64,000 nucleotides of DNA, taken from IMG/VR virus record IMGVR_UViG_3300012953_000001, positions 64,001-128,000 of that record; one strand, given 5' to 3'. A model generated the notes under the pieces. The model saw nothing but the letters and a program-made list of their open reading frames with translations, did no database searches and was not told the DNA's origin. The number at the start of each line of letters is the position of its first letter. Within the stretch, counting starts at the first letter, position 1. This document shows, one piece after another, positions 17,050-28,129 of the stretch. The DNA is from a virus. The translations under genes and the position numbers were made by a program.

Positions 17050-20000
17050 CTATATGACCAGCCAGTTACTGCCGTCAGCAACGAAAGTAGCGGAGCCATA
17101 GCCTTGTGTATATCGTATAGTAGTCAGACCATCGATAGTCTGACCTAACCCTGCTGGTGGGTTGACAACAACATCATGCCTGCCGCCGCTAAGACCTTTG
17201 GCATCTTTAACAGTTACGGTCCTCCCTGTGTCCAATGCGCTAGGTAATTCAATTACAACATCAGAGATAAGCCCCGTACCCAAGTCCGCCGCGATGAATT
17301 CATCGGTCGGCTGTACCAGATAAGGACTTGTCGGATTAGCCAATGTTGGATCTATCACTTTCAGATCAACATGACCGCCACCAACAGTGGCCTGTGTCTG
17401 GCCCCTAAGCCAAATAACACAAGTTACCTCTGCTCCAGAATCTAGAACCGTACCGTCTTCTATGACTTGAACCGCAATCGACTGCCCAGCAGCGACTGGT
17501 ATATTTAAATTTGGTTTTATCGACTGGGGCCACGTGCCGTTCCCAGACCAAGCCACCTCACTCGATGCGTACCAGACAGCCGCGTTCCCAAACGAATTTG
17601 GGTCTGCGGAAATGTTGTCTGAGCTTGGGAGGACTCCCACCCGTAAGCGTAACGAGCCTTCACCCGTATTTATCGCGTTAGTGTGGTTGTAACGGTAGGA
17701 CACCCCAATAATCTCAGCCCCAAAAGGAAGGACTGCGGATTGTCCGTGGTGATCCACTCCCGTCCCAGAATTGGCACCAAAACACCCATAGTGAGTAATA
17801 TAAGTATTACCACTGATGGGGTCTGTAAACTCAGGACCGTCTCCTTGGCCAACGGTTCCTTGGGTGTGGTTCATAACAGTGCAATTAAGCGCTGTCTGCC
17901 ACACGTTCTCCTCGCTAGCTAAGCCAGAGCCGATTGTGTTGGTGCCAATTTTGAGATTAAAATTGTTATCCATCCAGAGCGTAGCTTGCTCAAAGTTAGA
18001 TGGAGCGCCTTTAGCGGTTGCCGGGTTTCCGGCTTGAGTCTTAAGGACGAGCCCTGTCGGGTCCAACAGCCCAGTCACCCCAACATCGCCGTCAACGATG
18101 AAGGTGTTGCTCTTCCAACCCCAGTTCTGTCCAGCAATGACCTGTGACGGTAGTTGGGAAGTTACACCGAGCACCCCATCTTCGAGGTATACCTTGTTCG
18201 CAAAGCTTGGGTTCTCAAAGGTAATGACCCCATCTGACCCGCCCGCTTGGCTCTTACCGCCTCGAACAATGATATCGCCACCGCGAACACCGTCTCCCGC
18301 GCCAAGTCTTAAATCACCACCAAATGAAATGTCGTCTGGATTTCCGTTAACACCAATGCCAGTACCAGCTAAAAGCTCGACACTACCGCCCTTAGAGGCG
18401 TTTGGAAGGAAGTCGTCGCCGTGACCCGCGTGGAGAACGATATCTCCACCATCAACGCCTCCTCCGGGAGTCAGTGCGTTACCACCAGTCACCAGCACTG
18501 TGCCAGGAGCACCACCACCAGAGCCACCCGCGTTAACTCTTACTGAGCCGCCATCTTTAACACCATTAGCGTCTGCATTACCGCCGACAATGTTGACCGT
18601 GCCAGGGACGGTATCAGGAAAGGACGCGCTTAAGGTTTGTAGCGTTGTTGACCCTGTGGCGTTGGTGCCCATACCACCGCTGATGACAACATCACCAGGG
18701 AGGGATGCGGGTTCTGGAGCTACCCCATTAAACCCGTCAGCATTAAACCCGCCTTCGATATAAACGGATCCTGCTTTCGCCCCTGCGCCGGGTCCAGAGT
18801 TGGAGTCTGCGAGAAGACGACCGCCTTTAATATATAGGTCTGGAGAGGTAAAATAGTTAAGCGACCCAGGGTCACCAATACCAGCTTCAATGTGAAGCGT
18901 ATCTGGGCTTCCAAGGACGCCATTAAACCCGTCCATACCCTTGAGGAATACGTCCGCGCCTACCCCATTATTTTGTAGTTGGTGAGTAAGCGTTAGTCGG
19001 GAATCCGCCAACGCGGCCCCAAGGACACCATCCCATCGAGTAATCGCGTTATCTACTGATGAGCCATTAGCTGGGCCGTTGACGTTCCCGCCACCGCCAC
19101 CACCGCCACCAACCAATTGGTGCACAGTACCAGTCTCATCCTTGTAATAAGGCATGTTCTGGGTAAGTGCTGCATCTGAACCGTCTGCGACGAAGATCGC
19201 TCCTTGGGCGGCGTCGATCTCTGCGTTAGCCCCTGCGGGCAGGTTGGTTGCGTGGTCAGTCTCATCGAAGACTAATCCGATAGGGTCGATAATCCCAGTT
19301 ACCTTGAGATCACCATGAACCGTTAAGGTCTTACCCGCAGTGGCACCACCAACACCAAAGTATGATTGAGTGCCAGATGTATAGACGTTTCCGCCAACAG
19401 TAACATCCTGTGCAACATTGGCGTGTCCAGTGGAGATATTCACATCCCCAAGGGCTACGTTGACGCTGCCTTGCTGTAAGTTCACGTCACCTATGGTTAG
19501 GTTGGCGCTACCAACGAGCATCTCCAAGTTACCACCGAGGATATTCGCATCCCCGTTGATGACAGTGAACGTCTGGGCGACATCAAAATTGTTGGAGACG
19601 TAGCCATCGCCAAACACATGAAAGTCTGTAGTCGGATTACCAACAACTGCGCCGACAGCGACCCCACCATTAATAATTCTAATGTGCTCTACTAGGGCCG
19701 CGTTTGGCTCATCGTAGATATAAAAAGATAGTCGATCTTCGTCGTGCTCTGCGGCTACAAACGTGGACACATGCTCAATGCGAGCGGCTGCGGGAACAAT
19801 CGCTGTTCCAAAATCAATCGCGTTTTTACGCTCAGTATTCTGAGCAGGCATGACATGCTTAAACTCAAATGTCGAAGCATCTGAGCCATCATTAATGTTG
19901 CCACCAGTAGACTCTAGTCTGATTGTCGCTGTGTCCTGCCCATCAGCATGAGAGATGTGCAGCTTCTTTTGTGGTTGGGCGTCACCAACACCTACATACT

Positions 20001-21540
20001 GACCCAGGCCTGTCTGCCAAGCCATAAGGGTTACGCCACTATTATTTTTACATATTACTGGGTGTCCAGCAGTTGCCCAGTCAGCCTCTAGGTTCCAACG
20101 ATTTGTCCCGCTCTCAGACAACACGATCATTGGGTGATCATTAAAATTATCACCACTAATATCTAAGTAGCCTTCTGGGGATCTGGTGTTAATACCTACG
20201 AAGGTAACGTTGTTCCCACCAGAGTCTTGTCCGTGCCCATCAATGTATAAACCAGCGGAAGGAGGGTTCGCTCCTCCGTGTGGGAGTATATGAAAAGAGG
20301 TAACCGCATTGGTGGTGTAGAACGTGGCGTCAAACTCACCCATAACAGTTGGATGAGGAACTGCGTGACTTAGGTGGATGTCACTATCTTTAATGAGTTG
20401 GCCCGTGGTCCCATCCCAACGGACTAAATGCTCGTCTTGGCTGGAGATTGGTCCGTGGACTACCCCAGGAAGCATGGTGGTAGAGCCGTGGAACCAGATA
20501 GACCCTGGAATATTTCCTCCGCCACCTGTCTCAGAACCTACTACTAGGACAACACCTACTACACGAACGTTTGCTGGTGTGGCGATCTGGGTGATGTCAG
20601 AAGTTAGGAACCCGCCGTCCGAGATGTAGACTCGGTCCCCTACTGATGCGGCAGCGCCATTATCCAACGTGTTTGTTGAATAGGGGACTACACCGTCAAC
20701 AAGAAGGTAGCTTCTTTCCCCGTTAGGAACAGCATCGTGAAGCGTCAAGAAGATTGGAGCCTCTTTGATAGAGGCCATAGTCGCGTCTATAAGATCGTAC
20801 TGTAAGTTATAGTTCTGGAAGTCTTCCAGACTAACGTCGGAGCCTTTCCAGCGGTAAAGCGTGTTGGCGTCCAGCGTAACTGGTTTTCCAATATCAACGA
20901 GACTACCAGACCTGTTCTGACCACTCGCGATTCTCCTGCCGCCAAGGCTTTTAGAAACAGTGTTTAGGTAACGCTCGACACTTCTAGCCCAGCCCTCATC
21001 AGCGTCGTACTCGGTTGTCTCACCAGCAGCAATAGCTGACGTAGCAGTGGACCAGTTTGCAGGATCTTGTCCCGGGTGCTCCGCGCTGTCTGCCCCCAAG
21101 ACGTTAGCATCAGTGACCTCAAATAATACCGTAAACTCATCAGCTTCCGGGTTAAGAATCGTAGTGCCAGGAACCCCATTAGGGTCTTGCACCCACTGCT
21201 GCGCATTTACTCTAACAAGCCATCTTCCAGGAAGGTTGGGAGTGAATACTTGAGGATTGGCTACGGTTCCGCCTGTGGTCGGGTTCCCGGTGCCAGGGGC
21301 AAGCTGTACGGGCAGACCATCTGGCCCAAATAGATCCCACGAAGAGGTTGAGAGGTCGTACTCGCCTACACTCTGTGAGGCGTCCGTGTCGAATGCGTCG
21401 GTTGGGTTTGCAGGGTCGTTATCTTGGTCAAGCCACACCTCGCAAACCCAGTTCGCCAATTGGTCATAAAGGACCGAATTGGGAGCGCTTCCGTTTGACT
21501 GATCGCCCGTGCCTTGTGATTTAATTACTAGAGTAGCCAT
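17050..21540 (-). CDS. Tail fibre / virion structural protein (mosaic)
   Basis: 1496 aa. GINTRSP/VGVGDAQP fibre repeats, GGDxxxxGG Gly-rich repeats, and the common fibre C-terminus TVTVKDAKG...QTIDG...SATFVADGSNWLVI. Confidence 0.75.
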   Translation of the reverse strand: MATLVIKSQGTGDQSNGSAPNSVLYDQLANWVCEVWLDQDNDPANPTDAFDTDASQSVGEYDLSTSSWDLFGPDGLPVQLAPGTGNPTTGGTVANPQVFTPNLPGRWLVRVNAQQWVQDPNGVPGTTILNPEADEFTVLFEVTDANVLGADSAEHPGQDPANWSTATSAIAAGETTEYDADEGWARSVERYLNTVSKSLGGRRIASGQNRSGSLVDIGKPVTLDANTLYRWKGSDVSLEDFQNYNLQYDLIDATMASIKEAPIFLTLHDAVPNGERSYLLVDGVVPYSTNTLDNGAAASVGDRVYISDGGFLTSDITQIATPANVRVVGVVLVVGSETGGGGNIPGSIWFHGSTTMLPGVVHGPISSQDEHLVRWDGTTGQLIKDSDIHLSHAVPHPTVMGEFDATFYTTNAVTSFHILPHGGANPPSAGLYIDGHGQDSGGNNVTFVGINTRSPEGYLDISGDNFNDHPMIVLSESGTNRWNLEADWATAGHPVICKNNSGVTLMAWQTGLGQYVGVGDAQPQKKLHISHADGQDTATIRLESTGGNINDGSDASTFEFKHVMPAQNTERKNAIDFGTAIVPAAARIEHVSTFVAAEHDEDRLSFYIYDEPNAALVEHIRIINGGVAVGAVVGNPTTDFHVFGDGYVSNNFDVAQTFTVINGDANILGGNLEMLVGSANLTIGDVNLQQGSVNVALGDVNISTGHANVAQDVTVGGNVYTSGTQSYFGVGGATAGKTLTVHGDLKVTGIIDPIGLVFDETDHATNLPAGANAEIDAAQGAIFVADGSDAALTQNMPYYKDETGTVHQLVGGGGGGGGNVNGPANGSSVDNAITRWDGVLGAALADSRLTLTHQLQNNGVGADVFLKGMDGFNGVLGSPDTLHIEAGIGDPGSLNYFTSPDLYIKGGRLLADSNSGPGAGAKAGSVYIEGGFNADGFNGVAPEPASLPGDVVISGGMGTNATGSTTLQTLSASFPDTVPGTVNIVGGNADANGVKDGGSVRVNAGGSGGGAPGTVLVTGGNALTPGGGVDGGDIVLHAGHGDDFLPNASKGGSVELLAGTGIGVNGNPDDISFGGDLRLGAGDGVRGGDIIVRGGKSQAGGSDGVITFENPSFANKVYLEDGVLGVTSQLPSQVIAGQNWGWKSNTFIVDGDVGVTGLLDPTGLVLKTQAGNPATAKGAPSNFEQATLWMDNNFNLKIGTNTIGSGLASEENVWQTALNCTVMNHTQGTVGQGDGPEFTDPISGNTYITHYGCFGANSGTGVDHHGQSAVLPFGAEIIGVSYRYNHTNAINTGEGSLRLRVGVLPSSDNISADPNSFGNAAVWYASSEVAWSGNGTWPQSIKPNLNIPVAAGQSIAVQVIEDGTVLDSGAEVTCVIWLRGQTQATVGGGHVDLKVIDPTLANPTSPYLVQPTDEFIAADLGTGLISDVVIELPSALDTGRTVTVKDAKGLSGGRHDVVVNPPAGLGQTIDGLTTIRYTQGYGSATFVADGSNWLVI

Positions 21541-21543
21541 TGA

Positions 21544-24500
21544 CTAAACTCCTCCAAACGGGCCTGTTCCCCAAGCATTCACGCCCCAGCCGTCTTGTGA
21601 GTGGTAAAAAGCTTTTGGAACAACATCCTCATCCATATGGTACTGCCATACACCGCCAGATTTCATCTGGTATGGCCGGTAGTTTCGCACAATAATATCA
21701 TAATAACCGTATTCTGGAAGGTTATCAGGGACATGCAATTCAAGTACGTGACCATCGCTTGGCTGATCAGGACCGCCGTACAGAAAGTGTTGGTCACCAT
21801 CCCTGTCTTTTCCAAGGTACGTGACTAGTTGGCCTGGGTTTACTCCTTGCTCAAAGTGGTAAGAATCCACCGGAATCTCTAAACCAGTTGTTGAGCTTCT
21901 AAAAAACACCCAGGAACCTCCTATAATACCTTGCTGAATCGACGGGTCTCCGTAACTATCTGGAGTACTCGTTGGGATCCTAACCCTTGTAGGGTCATCA
22001 TTACAGAAATAAAACCCACAAATTCTGATATCGAACCCCGCAGACGAGGGCACGATCATCTTAACCGCTGGAGGCGGAATAAAGAACTCAGTGAATCCAT
22101 GCGTATAGTGATAGTCCTTTCTAGGTCTAATCTTCAACCCATAGTGAATATTCTGTAAATAGGCTGACACCAATGGCGATTGATTAAAATCTTGGATGTT
22201 AACCGCGTTCATTGAGTCTAAGGCCCCTACATCCTCGTAACCGTACGTAAGCTTCGTGATATTTGTATTAATAACATTCTGCCAGTCTGAGTAAACCCCA
22301 GGACTATTACTAGGAATAAACTGTTCATTACCTGGAACAGAAGACCTATAAGGATGTTGTTGTACCTCTTTTTCGTGCTTCTCCGCTAATTGGTAAAACT
22401 CTGGGCTATGCCCTAAATAACCAAATGTCCCGGCCTCAACAGCATCAGGAGCAGTTATCTCAAACGCGTTCGCGTTGATGACATTTGAGACCGCATATTC
22501 CCCGTTTAGCTTTACGGTCCCTGGCGCAATTGTAGTTTGATCTGTGTTCCAGATTCGCACCATATCCCCTGCAATTAGGTGATGTGGATGCATTGTTTGT
22601 ACTTCTGGGTCGGGACCCATTCCTCCGCCAGCGGTTATAGCGGCAATAATACCGCCAAACTTTGCGCTGGTCTCTACATAGGACCCATCAAATGTCGGAG
22701 AAGACTGCTGCCAACTCTTGATGGTGATTCCGCCCGAACCGTTTGGAAAGGGACCAGCCCCAGAATCCACGGGGAGATACTTAGTTAAAATAAGTGATGG
22801 ATCGGAGGCTGGTCCATACTCGATAAGTTTGTCCTGCTGCCAGATGGTCTCCAGTAAGAAATATGGGTACTCCGGTGGGTTTATCTGCCCAGGATAAGAA
22901 ACGTGTGGCTCATGTGATCTTCGAATCACCTGCTCGTCCAGGGGTGGGACCAACTCTGCAATAGCGCCGCTCCACTTGCCCACAATCTGTAGGCTCATTC
23001 CTGGTGCCCATACAGTATTATCGTAAATATTTGTTAGGACATCTAGTCGGGACTCGTCCCCGTAAGCGTTGTAGTTCTGCTGTAAAGGTTCAACATCCCA
23101 CTCGTTAAGTTCGTCGGTGTCTGAACGGTCAAATCCCAGAAGGAGGTACGTGTTCGGATGCTCGTGCTGTGGGGAAAAAATACCGGTCCAAACCTTGAGA
23201 GGGTCCCACGCAGGGATCTTAGGATGAACCCCCGCACCAATATGTAAGATGACTGGCGGGGCAACTTCCCAAATACCAGCGTCCACTTTTCCCGTAGTAT
23301 TTATATGAACCTCAATCGGCTCCCCAATTTGGAACTCAATGTCTTCTTGAGCAGGGGTCGTGTCTTTCAGTACGGGAACCATTATTCTAGATCGGACAAC
23401 GTCAATGTCCGAGCTAAGCGTGTTCACCATGTCTAAGGTTTTACGCTTAAAGTTCCAGGAGCCGTCTCCTGAATAGTCGTCCAAAACGCCTTCGCAGTAA
23501 CCGGACTCGTACTTCTCAAGCACGTCCTCTTTATCCCAATAAGTAACCACTGGTGGGTGGTTGTTGAGTATGTCGGCTGCGGGGTCTGCGAACAGATAGA
23601 TCTTTTCTATGACCCCCTCAAGCCCTAAAAGGTTCATCCCCGCATTAGTCTGCGAAAACTTTGCGAGCACAAAGGCTGGCGCACCATTAGTGGGAAGGCC
23701 CCCAGTCCCAGAAACTGTCTTGTCCATAATATGAAACTGGTCGCCCACAAAAAACCCGAAGCTCTGGGCACCGGAATGCCAAGCCACACCTAGGTTTGTT
23801 AAGTTCGCATTAGACAAAACATGTGGAGGCTGTGGAGGCTGTAGAGGGGTAACCACCTCCCCGTATGCGAAGTTAGCGCCGGTCTGAATTGTATACTCAG
23901 CAGTAATTGGCGGGTTAGCTCCAGCACTGAATGTCACGTTAAAGCCGCCAGGGAGCAGGTCCTCCGCTATAGCTTGAGTCAGTAAGTCTGTGTAGTCGAT
24001 AGACGCCACTTTCTCGTAGGTCTTAGACTTGGGCCACAACAAATCTTCTCTAGACTTGGGCACCACTGGGTGGGCCTCTTGTTGGGCCACGCTGTTGTCC
24101 CAAAGCACGTTCTGGTCGTTTAATGCCCAGAATGGCGAGGTATGTGGAGTATCTTTTAGAGATAGGGTTGGATACAGGTACGGAGTATCTACAACGCTGA
24201 TTTCATCAGTAAGTTGCAGGGAGCCTATGAGAATAAAATCTGTGTACGCGGGTTTCGCGTCATCAAGAAAGGTCTTAATTAGCGGAAATACTTGAGTGGA
24301 CTGCGTGACTGCCATCGGCACGTCAACAACAAACTTGTGGTATTTCTCTATTTGGGTCGGTGTTTGATCGACAATATGTGTGTTGCCCTGCTCATCTATG
24401 TACGTATAGGAGTTCCCACCAAACTGCCTGTCAATCAAGTCTGGGTCTGAGATGTAGTCTGCAATAGTAACTACATCAACGAGCTTGGAGTACATCGTTA

Positions 24501-27500
24501 CTTTCGCGTTACGAATTTCCGCCAATACAGACTCAGCCACCTCAATCTTCTGGCCGTCAACCATTACGTAGACACCAGAGACCTCCTCAATAAGCTCCCA
24601 GTACTTCACATCTGTAAAGAGGGAGTACTTACTCCCAGTGGCTGGGTTTATGGCTAACTCGGCCCCTTTGGGGTAGAAATACGTATGTGACCTTAGATCC
24701 TTATCCTCGATAATAATCCGCCCATTCAGAGTGTCTGTGGGCTCCTCGATATGGATAATCTGCCCCTCTACCTCAGAATAGGGCAAGTCAAAGAAAGACT
24801 GGACAGCTAGTTGTAAGTTGTCGAAGTGTGGTCCACTCATGAACGCAAACCACACCGCCTTGGTTAAGGTAAGGTAGTCTACGTCAGCATCGTATTCATC
24901 CACCAGATCTCTTGGAAGACCTACGTACAGACCAAAGTTATTTTGTATGGTCTCCCAGTTATCGAAGTAAGAAAGCTCCGCCCAGAATCGATCAGGTCCC
25001 GGAGTGTAGGAACAGTACTTTGGTGCCCAGAAATACAACTTCTCAGCAGTGTGTCTTAGCGGTCTATCTAGTGTAAGTGACCCATCACTGTTGTATGAAA
25101 GGACTTGGTACTGCGCCGCATCACCCGCGCCTATGCATATGGTCTCTACATTTTCAATGCGGGGGTCAGAACCGATAAAACTGAGGTTTCCGTGTAGGTT
25201 GAACAGTGTTGATAGTGCTGTATGCACCATAAGCTTGCTATCAGGATAAACTCTGTTGCTTCCCGCCTCGCTACGCACTGTTCCGTGGTACCAGTCTTGA
25301 ATGTGAATACGGCTACCCTTGATATGGAAGTCGAGGTTCTCATTCATTTCAGGCTCTAGGGTGTCCACCCCAAGTCTCGGAATGCTTACAAGGTCTGTGG
25401 CCTTCCCTAGCTTCCTAGATAAGACAATCTTTTTGGGAGACAGCGTAATAGATACGAGGTCTTTTTGTTCCCAAAACTGCTCCTCCCCAGCAAGTATGGA
25501 CTGTGCAATTAGTCCAGACAACAAAGGCCCCCAGTCCACAAAGAGGCACTGTCCCCCGACCCCTAAAATGGTTAGTGGTACCTCAATCTCTGAGTTTGTG
25601 TACGGGTTTTCAAAGCAGAATAGTACGTAATCTCCAAGAGACAGGTCATATTGGCTAAGGTCTAGCTCGTCCCCAATTTTTACGTACGCAGACTGCTCTA
25701 CTTCAATATTTCTTGCTTCACGAAGATGGTCCCACTCACGCGCAAACCCATCGACTGTCTGCACCTCGATCTGTTTATCGCCAGTACCCTCAGATAGTTT
25801 CACAGCGTTCGCTAATAAATTAGGACCCACCTCAGCAATGGTGACAAGCTTCGGATTCTCGTCGTTCTCATCGAAAACACGAATTGTATCCAAACTGGGG
25901 TCAACAACATTGGCTAAAGGATACGTGGGGTCGTCAAAAACAACGCTCTTGGCAGGCGTTGTCTGCGTGAGTAGTGAGGTGTCCCGTGTAAAGTAGCCAC
26001 CCGTTCTTTGTGCCAGTACCTCGAATGATGGGAACGTGTCCTTACTAGACCCGGTTATAGCCCAAGAAAACTTCGTTGGGTCTACTGTGTCACTCCCAAT
26101 CACACCTACTAGGTCAATCACCTTTGGTGCGTGTAACGTGCTACGAAGGAGCGCCTTTCCTACTGACAGCGGGGCTGTAGCCGAATGCTCTATAACTGTG
26201 GCTGTATCAGTAGATGACCCGTAGATAACATCGGAAACATCCAGGTCTTTTACGGTGTAGTTTTCTGGATGAATTATTGTTGCTGTGTACCCTGTTGGTA
26301 CATCGATAGCGGCATCGTAATGCAACCACCGTCTCTGATACCTTCTAGATACGTCTTTTATGGCTTTGGCATAGTCATTCTGCCATGCAGTAACTAAGTC
26401 GGAAGATACCGCTTGTGTTAGAGCCGACCACACAGAAGTTATCTGCGCTTTATCGGGGACAAGATTCCAGAAGTCACTTAGGTATTTCCAAACATATTCG
26501 GAATTTGGTCTATGCCCAATAAGCTGACTTGTCACACCCGCCGTAAAAGTGGCCCTAGAAGGCAAGCTTTCCCTGGTACCGTTATCTACAGTGAGATACG
26601 CCACGTAAACCCCAGGCTTGTCTGGGATAATCACGGGATTCATCAGGTTAGATCCGCTCCCACCGGAGAACTGCACTTCTTGTGTTTTGAGTTTCTCTGT
26701 TCCAGCAGACCCGGCAATCGCTAAGTCTGCCCTAAAAAGAGCGGGGTAAGTCACCTCCTCAAAAGACACTTCATTAGTAGATGGGTCATTGTCTTGGTCC
26801 ACTGCCGCTGGCTGTGAGAAATTTATTACGGTTGATCCGCCCGAAATCTCAATGTTGTAGCCCGCTGCTAAATTATTAGAGAACGCAGTAACCAAGTCAC
26901 CAGCGGTTGTGGTGACCTCCCCATCGTTGTCTACACCCAGCACAATGGATAGAACCTTGCTCACAGTGTCCCAAGACATGCTTAGCAAAGAATTGTTGGG
27001 TCCCTTAGTGGCAGACACTTTGAAATCATTCGCCCACCTAGTGGGCTTGGTGTATGTCAAAACTACGGCGGTTAGAGGGTCCGGGTTGAGCGGGTCAATT
27101 GAGTTGGGGTCATCTATGATTATATCCGCAGTGGCGTACGACGCCCCCTGCATAATACAATTGCTCCCATCAGGGACTAAATCAAACTCCCAATTATAGA
27201 TAATATTCTTTCCACCGGGGTCGTAACTCTTTGCACCAATAAGTGTTTGTGACGTACCTATCTGGGTTTGATACACCGTGTAAGCATCAGCAATCGGTCT
27301 GTCTTCTGGAATCACTCTAGAGCTAGACAGCCGGATAGAGCCAAAAGAAAAAATTGATAGCTCTCCGTCTTCAAACTCTTGCTCTGAGTCCCAAGAAGAC
27401 AGTTTGAGCTTGGAGGGAGCGCTCGACTGCAAGTAAATGCAATCGTTTAGCTTGCCCGAAGATTTCTTAGCTGCGAGGTTGTACTTGAGAACTGCCTCTG

Positions 27501-28128
27501 TAATGTCTGGGTCAATCCCATAAGCACTATCAGAAGGAGCTACATAGATAGCGATTCTTCCGCTCCCGCTACTGACAATTGCTCGCAGATTTAGGCCGTC
27601 AATAAACGTCCCATCTGTTTTGAAGAGTAAATTCTTCGAGCCTGCCAGTATGGTTGGGCTTGGATCTTCTGGGTATGAGGCAAGCGCGATCCCTTCGTAT
27701 GAGAATAAGAAACCAGCAGTGTAGCTTTGTTGGTTGACCGCGCCCACAAACAGACGGTTATCAGGATTCCTGAAATCCAAGGGAATCTGTCTGACGCCTG
27801 TGTCCTCATCTTCATTCGGAAGGAAAATATCAAACTCAAAAGTAAAGCTTTCAGGAACTCCGAAGGGCAGAGCCTCAGACACCTGCAAAGAAGACTTCCT
27901 AACCGTATCAGTCACAACCCCTTGCGCGTCAGCAACCAGAGTGGTGAAGGAATCAGCAGTTACAACATTCCCTAAGGACGTTGCATATGCACTGATTGGG
28001 TTAGGTACTTCTGGCGCAACATACACGACCGCGTCATCAGATAAGGTCCTGTCGTTGGGGTCAGTGGTCTCTGCGGCCCTAAACGTCCAATCACATATAT
28101 CAAACTTTGCTGATGAGGGTAATGACAT
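21544..28128 (-). CDS. Large baseplate wedge protein
   Basis: 2194 aa directly after baseplate J; PKD-like PDKPGVYVAYLTVDNG, YLSDFWNLV wedge-type segment and an HHLIAGDMVRI...NGEYAV module. Confidence 0.65.
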   Translation of the reverse strand: MSLPSSAKFDICDWTFRAAETTDPNDRTLSDDAVVYVAPEVPNPISAYATSLGNVVTADSFTTLVADAQGVVTDTVRKSSLQVSEALPFGVPESFTFEFDIFLPNEDEDTGVRQIPLDFRNPDNRLFVGAVNQQSYTAGFLFSYEGIALASYPEDPSPTILAGSKNLLFKTDGTFIDGLNLRAIVSSGSGRIAIYVAPSDSAYGIDPDITEAVLKYNLAAKKSSGKLNDCIYLQSSAPSKLKLSSWDSEQEFEDGELSIFSFGSIRLSSSRVIPEDRPIADAYTVYQTQIGTSQTLIGAKSYDPGGKNIIYNWEFDLVPDGSNCIMQGASYATADIIIDDPNSIDPLNPDPLTAVVLTYTKPTRWANDFKVSATKGPNNSLLSMSWDTVSKVLSIVLGVDNDGEVTTTAGDLVTAFSNNLAAGYNIEISGGSTVINFSQPAAVDQDNDPSTNEVSFEEVTYPALFRADLAIAGSAGTEKLKTQEVQFSGGSGSNLMNPVIIPDKPGVYVAYLTVDNGTRESLPSRATFTAGVTSQLIGHRPNSEYVWKYLSDFWNLVPDKAQITSVWSALTQAVSSDLVTAWQNDYAKAIKDVSRRYQRRWLHYDAAIDVPTGYTATIIHPENYTVKDLDVSDVIYGSSTDTATVIEHSATAPLSVGKALLRSTLHAPKVIDLVGVIGSDTVDPTKFSWAITGSSKDTFPSFEVLAQRTGGYFTRDTSLLTQTTPAKSVVFDDPTYPLANVVDPSLDTIRVFDENDENPKLVTIAEVGPNLLANAVKLSEGTGDKQIEVQTVDGFAREWDHLREARNIEVEQSAYVKIGDELDLSQYDLSLGDYVLFCFENPYTNSEIEVPLTILGVGGQCLFVDWGPLLSGLIAQSILAGEEQFWEQKDLVSITLSPKKIVLSRKLGKATDLVSIPRLGVDTLEPEMNENLDFHIKGSRIHIQDWYHGTVRSEAGSNRVYPDSKLMVHTALSTLFNLHGNLSFIGSDPRIENVETICIGAGDAAQYQVLSYNSDGSLTLDRPLRHTAEKLYFWAPKYCSYTPGPDRFWAELSYFDNWETIQNNFGLYVGLPRDLVDEYDADVDYLTLTKAVWFAFMSGPHFDNLQLAVQSFFDLPYSEVEGQIIHIEEPTDTLNGRIIIEDKDLRSHTYFYPKGAELAINPATGSKYSLFTDVKYWELIEEVSGVYVMVDGQKIEVAESVLAEIRNAKVTMYSKLVDVVTIADYISDPDLIDRQFGGNSYTYIDEQGNTHIVDQTPTQIEKYHKFVVDVPMAVTQSTQVFPLIKTFLDDAKPAYTDFILIGSLQLTDEISVVDTPYLYPTLSLKDTPHTSPFWALNDQNVLWDNSVAQQEAHPVVPKSREDLLWPKSKTYEKVASIDYTDLLTQAIAEDLLPGGFNVTFSAGANPPITAEYTIQTGANFAYGEVVTPLQPPQPPHVLSNANLTNLGVAWHSGAQSFGFFVGDQFHIMDKTVSGTGGLPTNGAPAFVLAKFSQTNAGMNLLGLEGVIEKIYLFADPAADILNNHPPVVTYWDKEDVLEKYESGYCEGVLDDYSGDGSWNFKRKTLDMVNTLSSDIDVVRSRIMVPVLKDTTPAQEDIEFQIGEPIEVHINTTGKVDAGIWEVAPPVILHIGAGVHPKIPAWDPLKVWTGIFSPQHEHPNTYLLLGFDRSDTDELNEWDVEPLQQNYNAYGDESRLDVLTNIYDNTVWAPGMSLQIVGKWSGAIAELVPPLDEQVIRRSHEPHVSYPGQINPPEYPYFLLETIWQQDKLIEYGPASDPSLILTKYLPVDSGAGPFPNGSGGITIKSWQQSSPTFDGSYVETSAKFGGIIAAITAGGGMGPDPEVQTMHPHHLIAGDMVRIWNTDQTTIAPGTVKLNGEYAVSNVINANAFEITAPDAVEAGTFGYLGHSPEFYQLAEKHEKEVQQHPYRSSVPGNEQFIPSNSPGVYSDWQNVINTNITKLTYGYEDVGALDSMNAVNIQDFNQSPLVSAYLQNIHYGLKIRPRKDYHYTHGFTEFFIPPPAVKMIVPSSAGFDIRICGFYFCNDDPTRVRIPTSTPDSYGDPSIQQGIIGGSWVFFRSSTTGLEIPVDSYHFEQGVNPGQLVTYLGKDRDGDQHFLYGGPDQPSDGHVLELHVPDNLPEYGYYDIIVRNYRPYQMKSGGVWQYHMDEDVVPKAFYHSQDGWGVNAWGTGPFGGV

Positions 28129-28129
28129 C

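Noticed and set aside
6681-21540. Diversity-generating retroelement or invertible fibre cassette
   Set aside because: No reverse transcriptase, invertase or long near-identical repeat pair seen in the window.
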